Assembly: GCF_006345805.1 (NCBI RefSeq)
Contig: NC_043008.1
Location: 58,652,001 to 58,716,000 of the forward strand
DNA length: 64,000 nt
Reading direction: 5' to 3'
Origin: Octopus sinensis
Taxonomy: Eukaryota
The notes under the pieces were generated by a model. That model ran no database searches, was not told the DNA's origin, and saw nothing but the letters and a program-made list of their open reading frames with translations. Shown here piece by piece: positions 12,421 through 25,880 of this stretch. How positions within the stretch are numbered: the stretch's first letter is position 1; every line of letters starts with the position of its first letter. The position numbers and the translations under genes are program-made.

Positions 12421-13211
12421 TCACAGAAATCCTTAAAAAATTGGATCCTTTTCCATAAACACACACGCATATATATATATATATATATAATATATATATA
12501 TAATATATATATATACTAAACATATTCGGACACTTATAACTACACGAGCCGTGAAAGGAGAAGGGACCAGTACACCGAGACAGAAACTGGAAAAGCACTA
12601 CGCACACTAGGATAAATAGTAAAAATAACTTTTTTCTTTCTCTCCACCATTTCTACTTTCTTCACCACTTTTTATATAAAAACTCAATATGACTGAACTT
12701 TCAATAATGCACATTTGTTATGAACTTCACCGAACATTTACACAGATATTACTATCTATCCCTGTTAAAATCTTTGAAATGTCTGTGAACATTTGATGGT
12801 TTAAACATGTTTGTTCAATATTTACCTTGTAATTTTAGACTCTCTTCAACACCCCACATTCTTCTTATACATTCGTACTATTGAATAGCTAAAAGCTAGT
12901 TTGGTAAGTGAATAAACCTATTTAAAAACGACTACACGTTACTTAGATTCACGTACCTTTTTAAACCACCTCAACACATATATATATCTACACACACACT
13001 GAATAAATAGCCATATCCTCATATATATCAGTATGTATATATATCTATCTATATATATATAATTATATGTATATACATATGTATATATATATATTATATA
13101 TAAACTGTATATATATATATATATATATATATAATACATATATATATACATATATATATATACATATATATATACATATATATATACATATATATATCAT
13201 ACATATATATA

Positions 13212-13251
<40 letters not shown>

Positions 13252-13378
13252 ATTTTGAAATTTACAGAAAAACAAAAGACGAAGACAGGTGCATAAGCAA
13301 CAACCAGGTGTAAATAGAAAGATAGATAGATATTTACGTGCACATGCACAAGGACACATACACACACACACATATATA

Positions 13379-13435
<57 letters not shown>

Positions 13436-14150
13436 CACATGTATACAAGATCTTTGGAAGCGGATATATCGTGATGAAAATTAAAAGAAAAACCTTCTTA
13501 ACCCAAGATGTTTATTTGACTCTAGTGTGAATGAGTTAAAAGACTCCGCTTTTCTTGGAAATATAATCTGAAAGCGTCGGCCGGGCGTTTTTAGATTGCA
13601 GCGCTCAATAGAACTAAATCATCGGTAAATTTAGATTTATTTGCTATTTAATTCTCCAAGAATTCTGAATTATTGACACTCGTTAAATATTAATCATCTA
13701 GACTACCACCATAGGCCTGAAATGCTAACTTATATTTAAATGCACATGCAGCATATTTATAATTATACACTTCAAATAATGCTATACAAAAATGTTTCTG
13801 AATTAAAAATATGTGGCTACAGACATGCGTGCGTACACTTGCACGCGTATTAATACGTACGCATATATACACTTTTTACATATAAATATATACATACATA
13901 TATGCATACATATATATATGTATTGTATATATGCATATATAAGCACATGTACGTATATATATATAGACACCATTTTGCACATATATATATATATGTAAAT
14001 ATATACACGAATACATAGGTAATTAAATAATTATGTGTGTGTTTATACATATACATATATATATATATATATACGTGTATATATACGCACAAACAAACGC
14101 GTACGCGCATATACACATAGACGGACACATATATATTGTGTATATATATA

Positions 14151-14182
<32 letters not shown>

Positions 14183-14209
14183 GTATGTATATATATATAT
14201 TATTATATG

Positions 14210-14261
<52 letters not shown>

Positions 14262-14287
14262 ACACACACACACACACACATTATATA

Positions 14288-14330
<43 letters not shown>

Positions 14331-14331
14331 G

Positions 14332-14365
<34 letters not shown>

Positions 14366-15579
14366 TGTCTCTTTTCTTCTCTCTGCTAAAACGATATCGA
14401 GAAGAGAATTTGATATCGTTGTCATAATGTCACGTTCAGAGCGAGAATATCATGGTAAGAGCTGAAACGAAGTGCCACTTGAAAAGAAGATCAAGTTCTG
14501 TGTGTGTGTACGTATGTGTGTGTGCGTTTGTGTTTGTGTCTGTGTGCTTGTGCGTGTGTATGTCTGTTTCTTATGATGTGGAAAATATTCGTGTCTATGT
14601 GAGGGGAAGTTTGTTTCTGATCAAGTGTTCTCTACTTTTGCCTCTGCCCCTACCGAATCTTTGGCAGATGAAGACCGAAAGAAGCCTGACATGTATAATT
14701 ATATATGTATCTGTCTATCTATCTATCTGTCTATCTTTCTGTCTGTCTGTCTGTCTGTCTGTATGTATGTATGTATGTATATATGTATGTTTGTGTGCTG
14801 GGGGTGTTTACTAAGTTCCCTGCAACTTAGTATTTCGGCTAAAGTGACCCGTGCGAGCAAGCATCAAGCTGAAAAATAGGTGGTGAGGTCGATTTTGTCG
14901 ATGAAACTCCTTGAAGGCGCTGTCCCAACATGGCTGCATTCTAATAACTGAACCAATTATTGTTCCGAAATACTCTGTACATACATGTGGCGATTATAAA
15001 TTCATATTTATTGTATTTGGAAAATTACTTGTTTGTAATATTGACCTTAAAATTTGGCACAGGAGCTAAATTTAAAGGGCTAAAACAAAAATGATACCGA
15101 GTTACATGTAAGGGTGTGTGTGCGCGTGTGTGCGCGCATGTCTGTATGTGTGTGCGTGCGTATCCCGGTGTGTGTGTGTCAGTGTAGACAATATGAGTGG
15201 CCACAAATTTCGGGGAAAGGGGCAAATCGATTACATCGATTACATTGTTCGACCAGACCGTGTTATTTCGACCTTATTGGATCTCTTCAGTGGTGGGAAC
15301 TCGTTTGCCAAGCATGACAGTAGTCTAACTTCGTTTGCAATATATAGAAAATAGTGTTATACAATCACTGATTTTGTAACAAGGTCTTATTCCGTTAGAA
15401 AATCTATTCGAGATAGAAGCAGTATGAGAAACGCATATATATATATATATATACATACATATATATATATATATATAGACAGTGGTACAAAAAATGTCAT
15501 ACGGAAACAGCCGATACTACAGGAAAAGATATGGCTTTGCAAGAGCTCTCTAGTCGTTAATATAAGCGACTCTGAGTGT

Positions 15580-15610
<31 letters not shown>

Positions 15611-16365
15611 CGCGTTATAAGGCAGTTGATTTTATTTTCAAGCATCAATTCGTTTCAGCTTTATGTACAATTATTTCTTTTCAAACACACTATTTATTTC
15701 CACTTTTATTGAGCGCCACTATAATTGCTTTGCACAAGTCAAATATTCTTGTTAAAATTGCAAAAATTATTACTTTTTTTATATCTATTATCAATATATC
15801 AGCTCATTTCGGTAAGTTTTATTTCGATTCAATTCACAGAAAAAAAAAAAAGAAAATTCATGATTTGAGCACGAATATAAAGCAAATCGAAGATATTTTA
15901 TGCTCTTGGTATTAAATTTGTTTCAGTGTATTATCGATTTTAATAGAACAAAGTGTATGGACGAAAACATATCTTCGTTGTTCTGCTAAAGAGTCGATTG
16001 CATAATCGCAAATTTCTGTAAGTTTAAGACTACTCGAAACACAATCGTATCCCAAGATGATACATATACCAATTTAACACACGTATACAAAAACACACAA
16101 ATGAACACACGCGCGCGAGATCAAGTACGCATGCAAGCACGCAGGTTCGCACGCACACATTCAAATATGCGTATATATAAATTTTCTTTTATTCGTTTAT
16201 TATTTTATTTGTGTCAGTCAATTTACTGCGCCATGCTGGAGCAGAGTCTTGAACGGTTTTTAGTCAAACAATTCGACCCCCTTCACGAGGACAGAAGCAC
16301 ACCAGCACTCACTGACAAGCGGTGATAGGAGGCAAAAACAAACACAAAACACACACACATGCTGG

Positions 16366-16400
<35 letters not shown>

Positions 16401-16549
16401 GCATATATATAGGAGAAGGAGTGGGTGGGTGGTAAGTAGCTTGCTTACCAACCACCGGGTTCGTCCCACCTCGTGGCAACTTCAATAAGTGTCTTCTATT
16501 ATAGCCTCGGGCAGATCAAACCCTTGTGAATATATATATATATATATAT

Positions 16550-17070
16550 AATATAGGATAAAATTTTTCGAAAAAAATTTTATCAATGGCCAGCATATTA
16601 AAAAATACCTTTAAAGGTTAAATTTATAAACAACTTATAAACAAGGGCAAAAGAAAACATTTCTAATGTCAAATATGCTAGACACATTGTCCATAACCAT
16701 ATAACTTTCCCTTCGTCAGTGAGAGTTTCAGATCGAATCGCACGTACTCGAATGGGCTGGAGAATTTCTAATTTGGATATATTTGGGGTGCTTAATTGTG
16801 CTCATGACTTAGTGTTTGCTTCTTCCATGGGTATAAGTAAGTATTTCATTTATTTCTTTGCCGCATTTATCACTGACGAAGGAAAGGTTCTTATGAACTA
16901 ACTCTGAAATCGGGTCCGATATGGTAATAACGGAATGATTTAGAATTTTCTGTCGGCTTTCTTTGAGTAACGTGCTTATTGTGATAAGTTACATGGTTAT
17001 GGACAATGTGTCTAGCTTCGGCATATTTGGCATTAGAATTTTTTTCTTTTGCCTTTATTTATAAGTTGTA
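16550..17070 (+). mobile_element. Penelope-like pLTR with inverted partial copy
   Basis: 16550-16725 is an inverted, diverged copy of the ctgacgaagg and 16985-17070 segments. It is flanked by (TA)n and carries the hammerhead. A related copy lies at 56940-57165. Confidence 0.6.
16867..16927 (+). ncRNA. Type I hammerhead ribozyme motif, canonical core
   Basis: Stem I ttatca/tggtaa; core CUGACGA; extended stem II (agg/tct, gttc/gaac); GAAA; near-palindromic stem III atcgg-gt-ccgat; AUA site. Confidence 0.7.
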
Positions 17071-17937
17071 TATATATATATATATGTATGTATGCATTTC
17101 TATATATTTTAACGTCTTCCCAAATATGCATGCGCACTTGCACATATGGAAGAGATAAATAGGCTGATAGATAGAGGGAACTTGAGTGATAAGGAGAGTG
17201 AGATAGGTGGAGAGAGGGAGAAGGAAGAAAGAGGGAAATATATGTAGTTTCTTGTTGATTTTATCATTTCTTTTAACAACTTTCTTAGCAGTCACTTCCT
17301 TCATTTCCATTCAACTTTGACCCGCACCTCTCCATTATTAGTGGAGTCAAATGGCTGCTGATTTGCCGTCCAAGTTTCATATCCGTGAATGCTCTACTTC
17401 TGACATTCTCAATCTGTGAACGATCATACATATTACCTTATCGATCAGAAGTTAAAATGACTTTCCATAATTCTATTAGATTCTGTTCACATTGAAAACG
17501 TGTATACTTCCCACGAATACTTTGCGGCACGCATGCACAATGTTTTACTCAGGTAGACGGAAGATTGTGGCACACACTCATACATATACAGATGGATACC
17601 AGGCACACAAATACATATCTCTGTATGCGTAAGTGTGATTGTGTGAGTTTACGTGTGTGCGTGCGTGTGTATTTGGGTATTTGATTTGATTTCATTATTA
17701 TACGTGATAAGTGCGTTTTGTGTATATACATACATAACACAGAAACATATATATATATTATATATATATATTATATATATATATATATGTATATATGTAT
17801 ATGCGTATATATGTGCATATATGTACATATACATATATGTCGCTGAATATATAAATACACTCATGTATATATATATATACATATATATATCTTCATGTAT
17901 ATGATACACATGTATACATATATATATGTCCAATACA

Positions 17938-17976
<39 letters not shown>

Positions 17977-18021
17977 CATGTATATATATATATATGCTTA
18001 TATATATATGCATATATATAC

Positions 18022-18071
<50 letters not shown>

Positions 18072-18934
18072 GTATATATCACACACATATATTCATGGTT
18101 CTCTTATCGGATGTGATCATGAATTGTAGAAAGTAGTAGTAGTAGTGGTAGTAGTAGTAGTAGTAGTAGTAGCAGTAGTAGTAGTAACAGTAGTAGAGGA
18201 GGAAGACGGTGGTGGTAATTTTGTAAATTACTCTAAAGTTACAGGAAACTGAGACAAAGGCAGTACCATAATCTAAGTTGATTTGAGAGTGGGGTTTTAT
18301 TCACTGGGAGTGCTCAACAAATTGTCGGTGCTATGATTATACAACGTGTGTGTATGATTGTGTGCGTTTCATAAATTTTAGTAGCAGTGTGGCCTTCCCC
18401 TCAGCCCCATCCCCTCACCCCATTGTGCTGCTGATGTCCTAAGACCCCCTCCATCGTGGTAGTTGTTGATTTTATTGGCATCGTTGTTCTGCTGGAGCAT
18501 GTTGGTAGGGCACTAACGTGCTTTTCCTTTCTTTGAGCTCTCGCCAATGTACCCCAGTAGGTTCTCCTATGCTACGTGCAGTCTCTCAAAGGTAGATAGA
18601 ATATAGAGGCTCAATTAATAGCATAAAGTTTAAAGTACTATCGACACATAGAACTGACACGACGCTTTGGCAGATCACAGAGTCTACACACATAACAGTA
18701 GACAAACTGAACCTCAACAGAAAACACGAATGGAACAGTAACACCCACCAGCACACCACATGACTAAACACAGAAGGGATGAAAAGTGAGAGGGAAAAAT
18801 CGTAAATAATACACAGAAACAAACAGGAAAATGCACACACAATAGACGTATATTTATTTACCTGTGATTCTTATGAGAAACAGAGATAGATGTATACAAA
18901 ATAAATATAAGTAAATAAATATATAAATAGGTAA

Positions 18935-19255
18935 ATAAAGTGGCTGTGTGGTAAGTAGCTTGCTTACCAACCACATGGTTCCGGGTTCAGTCCCGCTACG
19001 TGGCACCATATATATAATGTGTGTGTGTGTGTGTGTGTATGTTTGTGTGCATGTGTTTGTCCCCCACCCCAACATCGCTTGACGATCGATGCTGTTGTGT
19101 TTACGTCCTCGTAACTTAGCGGTTCGGCAAAAAAGAGACCGATAGAATAAGTACTAGGCTTACAAAGAATAAGTCTTGTGGTCGATTTGCTCGACTAAAG
19201 GCAGTGCTTCAGCATGGCCACAGTCAAATGGCTGAAACAAGTAAAAGAGTAAAAA
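18935..19255 (+). mobile_element. SINE family B (gtggctgtgtggtaagtagcttgc...gagtaaaa)
   Basis: Same bipartite element with an internal TA/TG tract as at 26280-26910, 42866-43270, 50255-50655 and 57190-57580. Confidence 0.88.
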
Positions 19256-19431
19256 TGTAAAAAAGTAAAATATATCTGTCACATACCTGTGATAAATATG
19301 AGACACAGAAACACATAAAATAAATAAATGAAACTATATAAATGGCACGGATAACTGCTAAATATGAAGTCAACCCATACACACACACAAAACACACGCA
19401 CAAGGAATTTCATGGACAGCCATAACAATGT

Positions 19432-19531
19432 NNNNNNNNNNNNNNNNNNNNNNNNNNNNNNNNNNNNNNNNNNNNNNNNNNNNNNNNNNNNNNNNNNNNN
19501 NNNNNNNNNNNNNNNNNNNNNNNNNNNNNNN
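19432..19531. other. Assembly gap (100 N)
   Basis: Run of exactly 100 n. Confidence 1.
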
Positions 19532-20005
19532 CGTGTACATGTACCACAAGTACAGAAGTATACATCAACACAAACAGGTAAAACACACACGTATGCACGC
19601 ACGCACGCACGCACGCACGCACACAAACGCAATTTGTCTCTCTCCCTTTCTCTCTCTCCCTCTATCATAGACACATTCAAACAGTTTATCCCCTCTACTT
19701 TTTCCCTTTCTTTCTCTCTCTCTCTCTCTCTCACTTCTTTTCTGTCTCCCACATCCATACTCACAAATGCACGCACAAACAAAATAGATAAACGTACATA
19801 TACACAAACAGGGTTAAGGCACGCACACTCACACACAGTTTTTCTTATACACATACTCAAAAACACAGCTTCTCTCGTCCCCCCTCTCTCTGTGATATAT
19901 ACTCACACACACACACAAGTATACAGACACAAACAGGCAAAACACGCACTGAGTTTCTTTCTCTTATATACACACACAAACACAAACATGCATCTTCGCT
20001 CTCAC

Positions 20006-20041
<36 letters not shown>

Positions 20042-20599
20042 GTGCATACACACACGTACACACACGTACACACACGTACGTACACACAAACATGAATTCA
20101 GGCATACACACATGCACTCACACACAAATACAAGCACACACTCATAAACATGCACGGATACACACACACATACACACGCGAACACAAGCACTCACATTAA
20201 CGCACTCACACACACATGCACGTAATCCCCCCCCCCACACACACGAACAAACACATGCATCACATACGAACACAAGCGCTCACACTTATACACACTCACA
20301 CCGCACTCACACACATACATGCATGAACACACATGCACACTCACTCCCATACACACACTAACACAAGCACACGTACTTACACACATGCACGCACTTACTC
20401 ACACACACACACGAACAAACATTCACGCACGCACATCCACATGCACACAACTACGCACACTCCTACACATGCTCACATTCACACGCACACACACATATAC
20501 ACACACACTCACACTCACTTACACGCACTCACACACACAGAAAAATGAACACGCACAAACACACATGCACGCACACACGAACACAAGCACACGTACTTA

Positions 20600-21245
20600 C
20601 AAACATTCACGCACGCACACACATTCACGCACGAACACCCACATACACACACACACACACACACACATACCAACATAAGTACACACACTCATACACATGC
20701 TCGCAATCACACTTCACCCCCACACACATACACACACGCACACACACACACACACACACACGAACAACAAACATTCACGCACGCACACGCATTCACGCAC
20801 GAACACCCACATACACACACACACACACACACATACCAACATAAGTACACACACTCATACACATGCTCGCAATCACACTTCACCCCCACACACATACACA
20901 CACGCACACACACACACACACACACACGAACAACAAACATTCACGCACGCACACACATTCACGCACGAACACCCACATACACACACACACACACATACCA
21001 ACATAAGTACACACACTCATACACATGCTCGCAATCACACTTCACCCCCACACACATACACACACGCACACACACACACACACACACACACGAACAACAA
21101 ACATTCACGCACGCACACGCATTCACGCACGAACACCCACATACACACACACACACATACCAACATAAGTACACACACTCATACACATGCTCGCAATCAC
21201 ACTTCACCCCCACACACATACACACACGCACACACACACACATCA
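20600..21245. repeat. ~163-bp CA-rich higher-order tandem repeat, 4 copies
   Basis: Anchor caacataagt at 20671, 20837, 20999 and 21161. Confidence 0.9.
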
Positions 21246-22109
21246 CACACACTAACACACAGGCACACACTCGCTCACACTCCCGCGCTCATACACACAC
21301 ACACAACACGGTGCGCAGAATGCACAATCCAAAACATTGGTTCGGACTTGTGCCTCGGAGGGTAACTTTCTAGGTGCAATTCCATGGTCACTCATGACCG
21401 AAGGGGGTCTCCGACATATAGGGGGAGACATATATACATACATACATACATGCATACATACATGTAAATATATATTATGTGAGGTCCAGTCACCATCAGC
21501 TACAAATCTTATACGAAGAGTTCATTAAACGTGAAATAGACATTCTATACAACTGCGCGGAACACAAGATTCCATTACCGCTGCTGCTTACTTCTGTTGC
21601 TGCTGCTGCCTCTTGCTGCTGTTGTTTAGTCAGTTATAAATCTAGTGAAATCCATCCATTCATAGATTTTTCTACTATAGGCGTGCTTGTACGGTAAGGT
21701 GTTTCCTTCTGAACCGTATGGTGCCGGGTTCACTCCCACTCATCATCATCATTGTTCGACCGTGGTCGAGACAATGGAATTTACTATGTTACGCCAGACT
21801 TCACGGTCCATCATAGCATTACGGAGGTCCTGTTGCTGGATGCCTGTATCCCTGGAGATTACATCAGGGTAGGAGAGTGTGCGCCCTCTGGTATTGCGAG
21901 TAGATGGCTTCCAGAGCAAGTGTCACCTTGAGCAAGTGTTTTCTGTTATAAATCTAGGTCTACGAAAACCTTGTGAGTGAAATTGTAGATGGAAACAAAA
22001 AGAATCTCGTTTTTTGGTTTGTTTTTTTTTTACTTGTTTCAGTCATCTGACTACGGCCATACTGGAGCACCACCTTGAATAATTTTACACGAACGAATTG
22101 ACCTCGGTA

Positions 22110-22345
22110 CTTTGGCGAGTTGGCAGAATTGTTAGCACGCCGGGTGAAATGCTTAGCAGTATTTCATCTGCCGCTACGTTCTGAGTTCAAATTCCGCCGA
22201 GGTCGACTTTGCCTTTCATCCTTTCGGGGTCGATTAAAGAAGTACCAGTCACGCACTGGGGTCGATATAATCGACTTAATCCGTTTGTCTGTCCTTGTTT
22301 GACCCCCTCCGTGTTTAGCCCCTTGTGGGTAGTAAAGAAATAGAT
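22110..22345 (+). mobile_element. SINE family A, near full length
   Basis: Matches 40720-40950 and 48731-48970. Confidence 0.9.
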
Positions 22346-22763
22346 CCTTTATTTATTTTAAGCCTGGAACTTATTCTATGGGTCCCTTAGGCTGGACTGC
22401 TAGATTACGGGAACTAAACGCACCAATGCTGGTTATCAACAGTGGCGCGGTTCAAGCGCAGACACAACGACACGCACACACAACGTCACACACAGACACA
22501 GATACAGGCAGACACACACATTTTTATACCAGGCTGAGTCAAAACTTTTCGGATTTTCATTGATGAATTTTGATTACTCTCAGTTCCATGTAATCTAATT
22601 AATTTAATAAACTTGTCCGATCCTTGCTAAATTGGTTCCCTACCACATGGTTCCGTGTTCAGACCCGCTGCGTGGTCCCTTGAGTAGGTGTCTTCTACTA
22701 TAGCCTCGGGCTCGCCAAAGCCTTGCGAGTGGATTTGTAGACGGAAACTGAAATAGACCCGTC

Positions 22764-22820
<57 letters not shown>

Positions 22821-22920
22821 ATATATACCTTCCCGTTGTATTATATATATATATATATATCTATATATATTATATATAGATATATATATACCTCCCGTTA
22901 TATATATATATATATATATA

Positions 22921-23150
22921 TATTGGTTGGTGCATAATTATTGTGGGGTTTTTTCAAGAAATTTTATGCAACAAAAACAATAACAACATGTAAAAAAGCA
23001 TATTTAAATGATTATTCCGGAGCATATTCACCATCTATTTAAATTACTGCTTCCCATTTGCTTGGCAGATCGTCAGACCATCATTTAAAGGTGTTTTTGT
23101 TAAGTATTCTTATTGCTTTTTGTTGAATAAAACTCGTTGAAAAACAAGCC
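22921..23150 (-). mobile_element. mariner (DD34D-like) 3' end and TIR, nested in a SINE B
   Basis: TIR-like tattggttggtgcataatt; minus-strand C-terminus DDLPSKWEAVI*IDGEYAPE*. SINE B halves lie at 22630-22770 and 23170-23360. Confidence 0.65.
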
Positions 23151-23615
23151 GCAATATCTTTATGTTTGCGTTTGTTCCACACTACTATCGTTAGACAACC
23201 GACGTTGGTGTGTTTACGTCCCGTAACTTAGCGGTTCAGCAGAAGTGACCGATGGTATAAGCACCAGGCTTACACGGAATAAGTCCGGCTGTCGATTTCT
23301 TCGACTAAACGGCGGATCTCGAGCATGGTCAAAGTCAAATGACAGAAAAAAGCGAAAGAGCAAACGAATAAACACAAATTTTTGCAGTGAATAATAATGC
23401 CTTACTGAGGAGAGTAAAGCGGTATTACATCACTAAACCAGAAATTGATCTATGGCTAGACTTATCCAAAAACACTTTTTTTTTTGTTCATTCGTTTTGG
23501 AGCTTTAGGTGTTTTCGCTCAATAAACACTCACAACGCTCGGCCTAGGAGTCGAAAACCGCGATCCTACAACCATGAGTCTGCTGCCCTAACCACTGGGC
23601 TATTGCGCCTCCATG

Positions 23616-23665
<50 letters not shown>

Positions 23666-23763
23666 CATGCATATATATATATATATATATATATGTAGGT
23701 CCCGGGTTGATCCGGGGTTAACCACAGTAAGTAAGGTACTCAATACATAGCAGAGTAAAATAA

Positions 23764-24618
23764 TTTATTATATAGAAGGAGCTTCTACAGGACTAGTACT
23801 GTTCATTCAAGAGAAATCTTCAGGAGAAGCTATTTAACAAGAATTGTATTAGCATTTATACATTAGGCAGGTTTAAAGGAGTGGTGGTGGGGGACTTTTT
23901 TGGGGTAGGCATAGCGCAAAATATCATACTTGGGGGAGTGGTCAAGGAGTCAGTGGTAAGTTAGATGAAAGAATACATAAATAAAAAAATAAAATAATAA
24001 AAAAAATAAAAAAATAAAAAAATAAAAAAATAAAAAAAATAAAAAAATAAAAAAATAAAAAAATAAAAAAAAAAACAAAAAAAAAATAAAAAATAAAAAA
24101 TAAAAAAATAAAAAATAAAAAATAAAAAAAATAAAAAAATAAAATAATAAAAAAAATAAAATAATAAAAAAAAAATAATAAAAAAATAATAAAAAAATAA
24201 TAAAAAAAAAAATTATATATTTTATATTTTTTTATTATTTTATTATTTTATTATTTTATTATTTTTATTTTTTTATTTTTTTATTTTTTTATTTTTTTAT
24301 TTTTTTATTTTATTTTTTATTTTTTATTTTTTATTTTTTATTTTTTATTTTTTATTTTATTTTTTTATTTTTTTATTTTTTTATTATTTTATTTTTTTAT
24401 TTATGTATTCTTTCATCTAACTTACCACTGACTCCTTGACCACTCCCCCAAGTATGATATTTTGCGCTATGCCTACCCCCAAAAAAGTCCCCCACCACCA
24501 CTCCTTTAAACCTGCCTAAATGTATAAATGCTAATACAATTCTTGTTAAATAGCTTCCTGAAAATTTCTCTTGAATGAAACAGTACTAGTCCTGTAGAAG
24601 CTCCTTCTATATAATAAA
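23764..24618. repeat. 855-bp fold-back palindrome of a Penelope-like terminal sequence
   Basis: 23764-23985 is the reverse complement of about 24400-24618. (AAAAAAT)n mirrors (ATTTTTT)n around a centre near 24216. Confidence 0.92.
24552..24602 (+). ncRNA. Type I hammerhead motif, degenerate (G8>A); mirror copy at 23780-23831 on the minus strand
   Basis: Stem I agcttc/gaagct; core CUGAAAA; GAAA; stem III acag/ctgt; GUA site. The mirror copy has CUGAAGA but GAAC and a 2-nt insertion. Confidence 0.55.
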
Positions 24619-24646
24619 TATATATAATATATATATATAATACATG

Positions 24647-24677
<31 letters not shown>

Positions 24678-24693
24678 CATGCATATATATACA

Positions 24694-24731
<38 letters not shown>

Positions 24732-24825
24732 GCATATATATCTATGTATGTATACATATGCACATATATATATGTATGTATAATATATATATATGTAGAT
24801 ATATATGCATGTATGTATATATATG

Positions 24826-24884
<59 letters not shown>

Positions 24885-24885
<1 letters not shown>

Positions 24886-25523
24886 ATAGAAATATTAAAA
24901 TTACTAAGTCTCTCTAAAAGAGAACAGCGGCAGCGTTCCCGGAAAATAATAGTTATCGCCATACTAATATGGCATTCTTATAAAAATAAGAATAAAGCTG
25001 TCCGCTTATTAGCTCCATGAGGCCATCGCCTTAAGTTAGCTATTTGATACACAAACTGTATCCATATAACCTTCGAACAAGGGAGGTCAGTCGCTCCACA
25101 CTACTTGACCGGTAGCTACAGACGCGTTTCGGGGTATTTCCCCTTTTCAATGCAGCGTAGCCAGCCAGTAGGTGTCGCTTCCGACAATCTCTGTTCGATG
25201 GTTTTATTTACCTAGTTTCGGTGGAATACATCCACTTGTTTTCAATAATAGAAATATTAAAATTACTAAGTCTCTCTAAAAGAGAACAGCGGCAGCGTTC
25301 CCGGAAAATAATAGTTATCGCCATACTAATATGGCATTCTTATAAAAATAAGAATAAAGCTGTCCGCTTATTAGTGTGGAGCGACTGACCTCCCTTGTTC
25401 GAAGGTTATATGGATCCAGTTTGTGTATCAAATAGCTAACTTAAGGCGATGGCCTCATGGAGCTAATAAGCGGACAGCTTTATTCTTATTTTTATAAGAA
25501 TGCCATATTAGTATGGCGATAAC

Positions 25524-25528
<5 letters not shown>
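24885..25528 (-). mobile_element. Retrozyme-like / PLE pLTR unit: 362-bp partial tandem plus inverted segment
   Basis: 128-bp direct repeats at 24885-25012 and 25247-25374. 25372-25528 is an inverted copy of 24947-25103. Flanked by (TA)n; no ORF. Confidence 0.75.
25115..25156 (-). ncRNA. Minimal type I hammerhead ribozyme, U3-A8 variant
   Basis: Minus strand reads GCUGCA UUGAAAA GGGG-AAAUA-CCCC GAA ACGCGU C UGUAGC: 6-bp stem I, G10.1-C11.1 stem II, palindromic stem III, GUC site. Confidence 0.8.
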
Positions 25529-25559
<31 letters not shown>

Positions 25560-25561
<2 letters not shown>

Positions 25562-25880
25562 GGTAGAGACACCCTTCGGTCATGAATGACCATGGAATTG
25601 CACATAAAAAGTTTCCACCCGAAGCACAAGTCCGGACAAGGCAGGTTGTTTATGCACAACCAGCAGTCACCCATGCATACCCTCTCTACGCCACCAATAT
25701 TATCCATGGGAAAGGGAAAGGCTGATACAGCTTGGCACCAGTGACGTAACAACTCATTTGTAGATCTTAGTGAAGTGGGGCGTCTTGAAATAAAGTGTCT
25801 TGCTGAACAACACTACACAGCCTGGTCTGGGAATCGAACTCACTACCTCATGATTGTGAGTCCAACGGTCTAACCAGTGG
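25560..25880 (-). mobile_element. tRNA-derived SINE (family C)
   Basis: tRNA-like head at 25820-25880 on the minus strand. The tail is shared with the fragment at 21340-21415 (cttgtgcctcggagggtaac...catgaccgaaggg). Confidence 0.7.

Noticed and set aside
14427-14454. ATG...MSRSEREYH/gtaaga first-exon candidate and a phase-compatible AT-rich segment at 15659-15810
   Set aside because: The joined peptide has the I/F/L/K bias of random AT-rich DNA and no recognisable motif; not supportable without RNA data.
21683-21700. Micro-exon-like tag/GCGTGCTTGTACG/gtaagg
   Set aside because: The donor is the start of a decayed SINE B-like head, and the length is not a multiple of 3.
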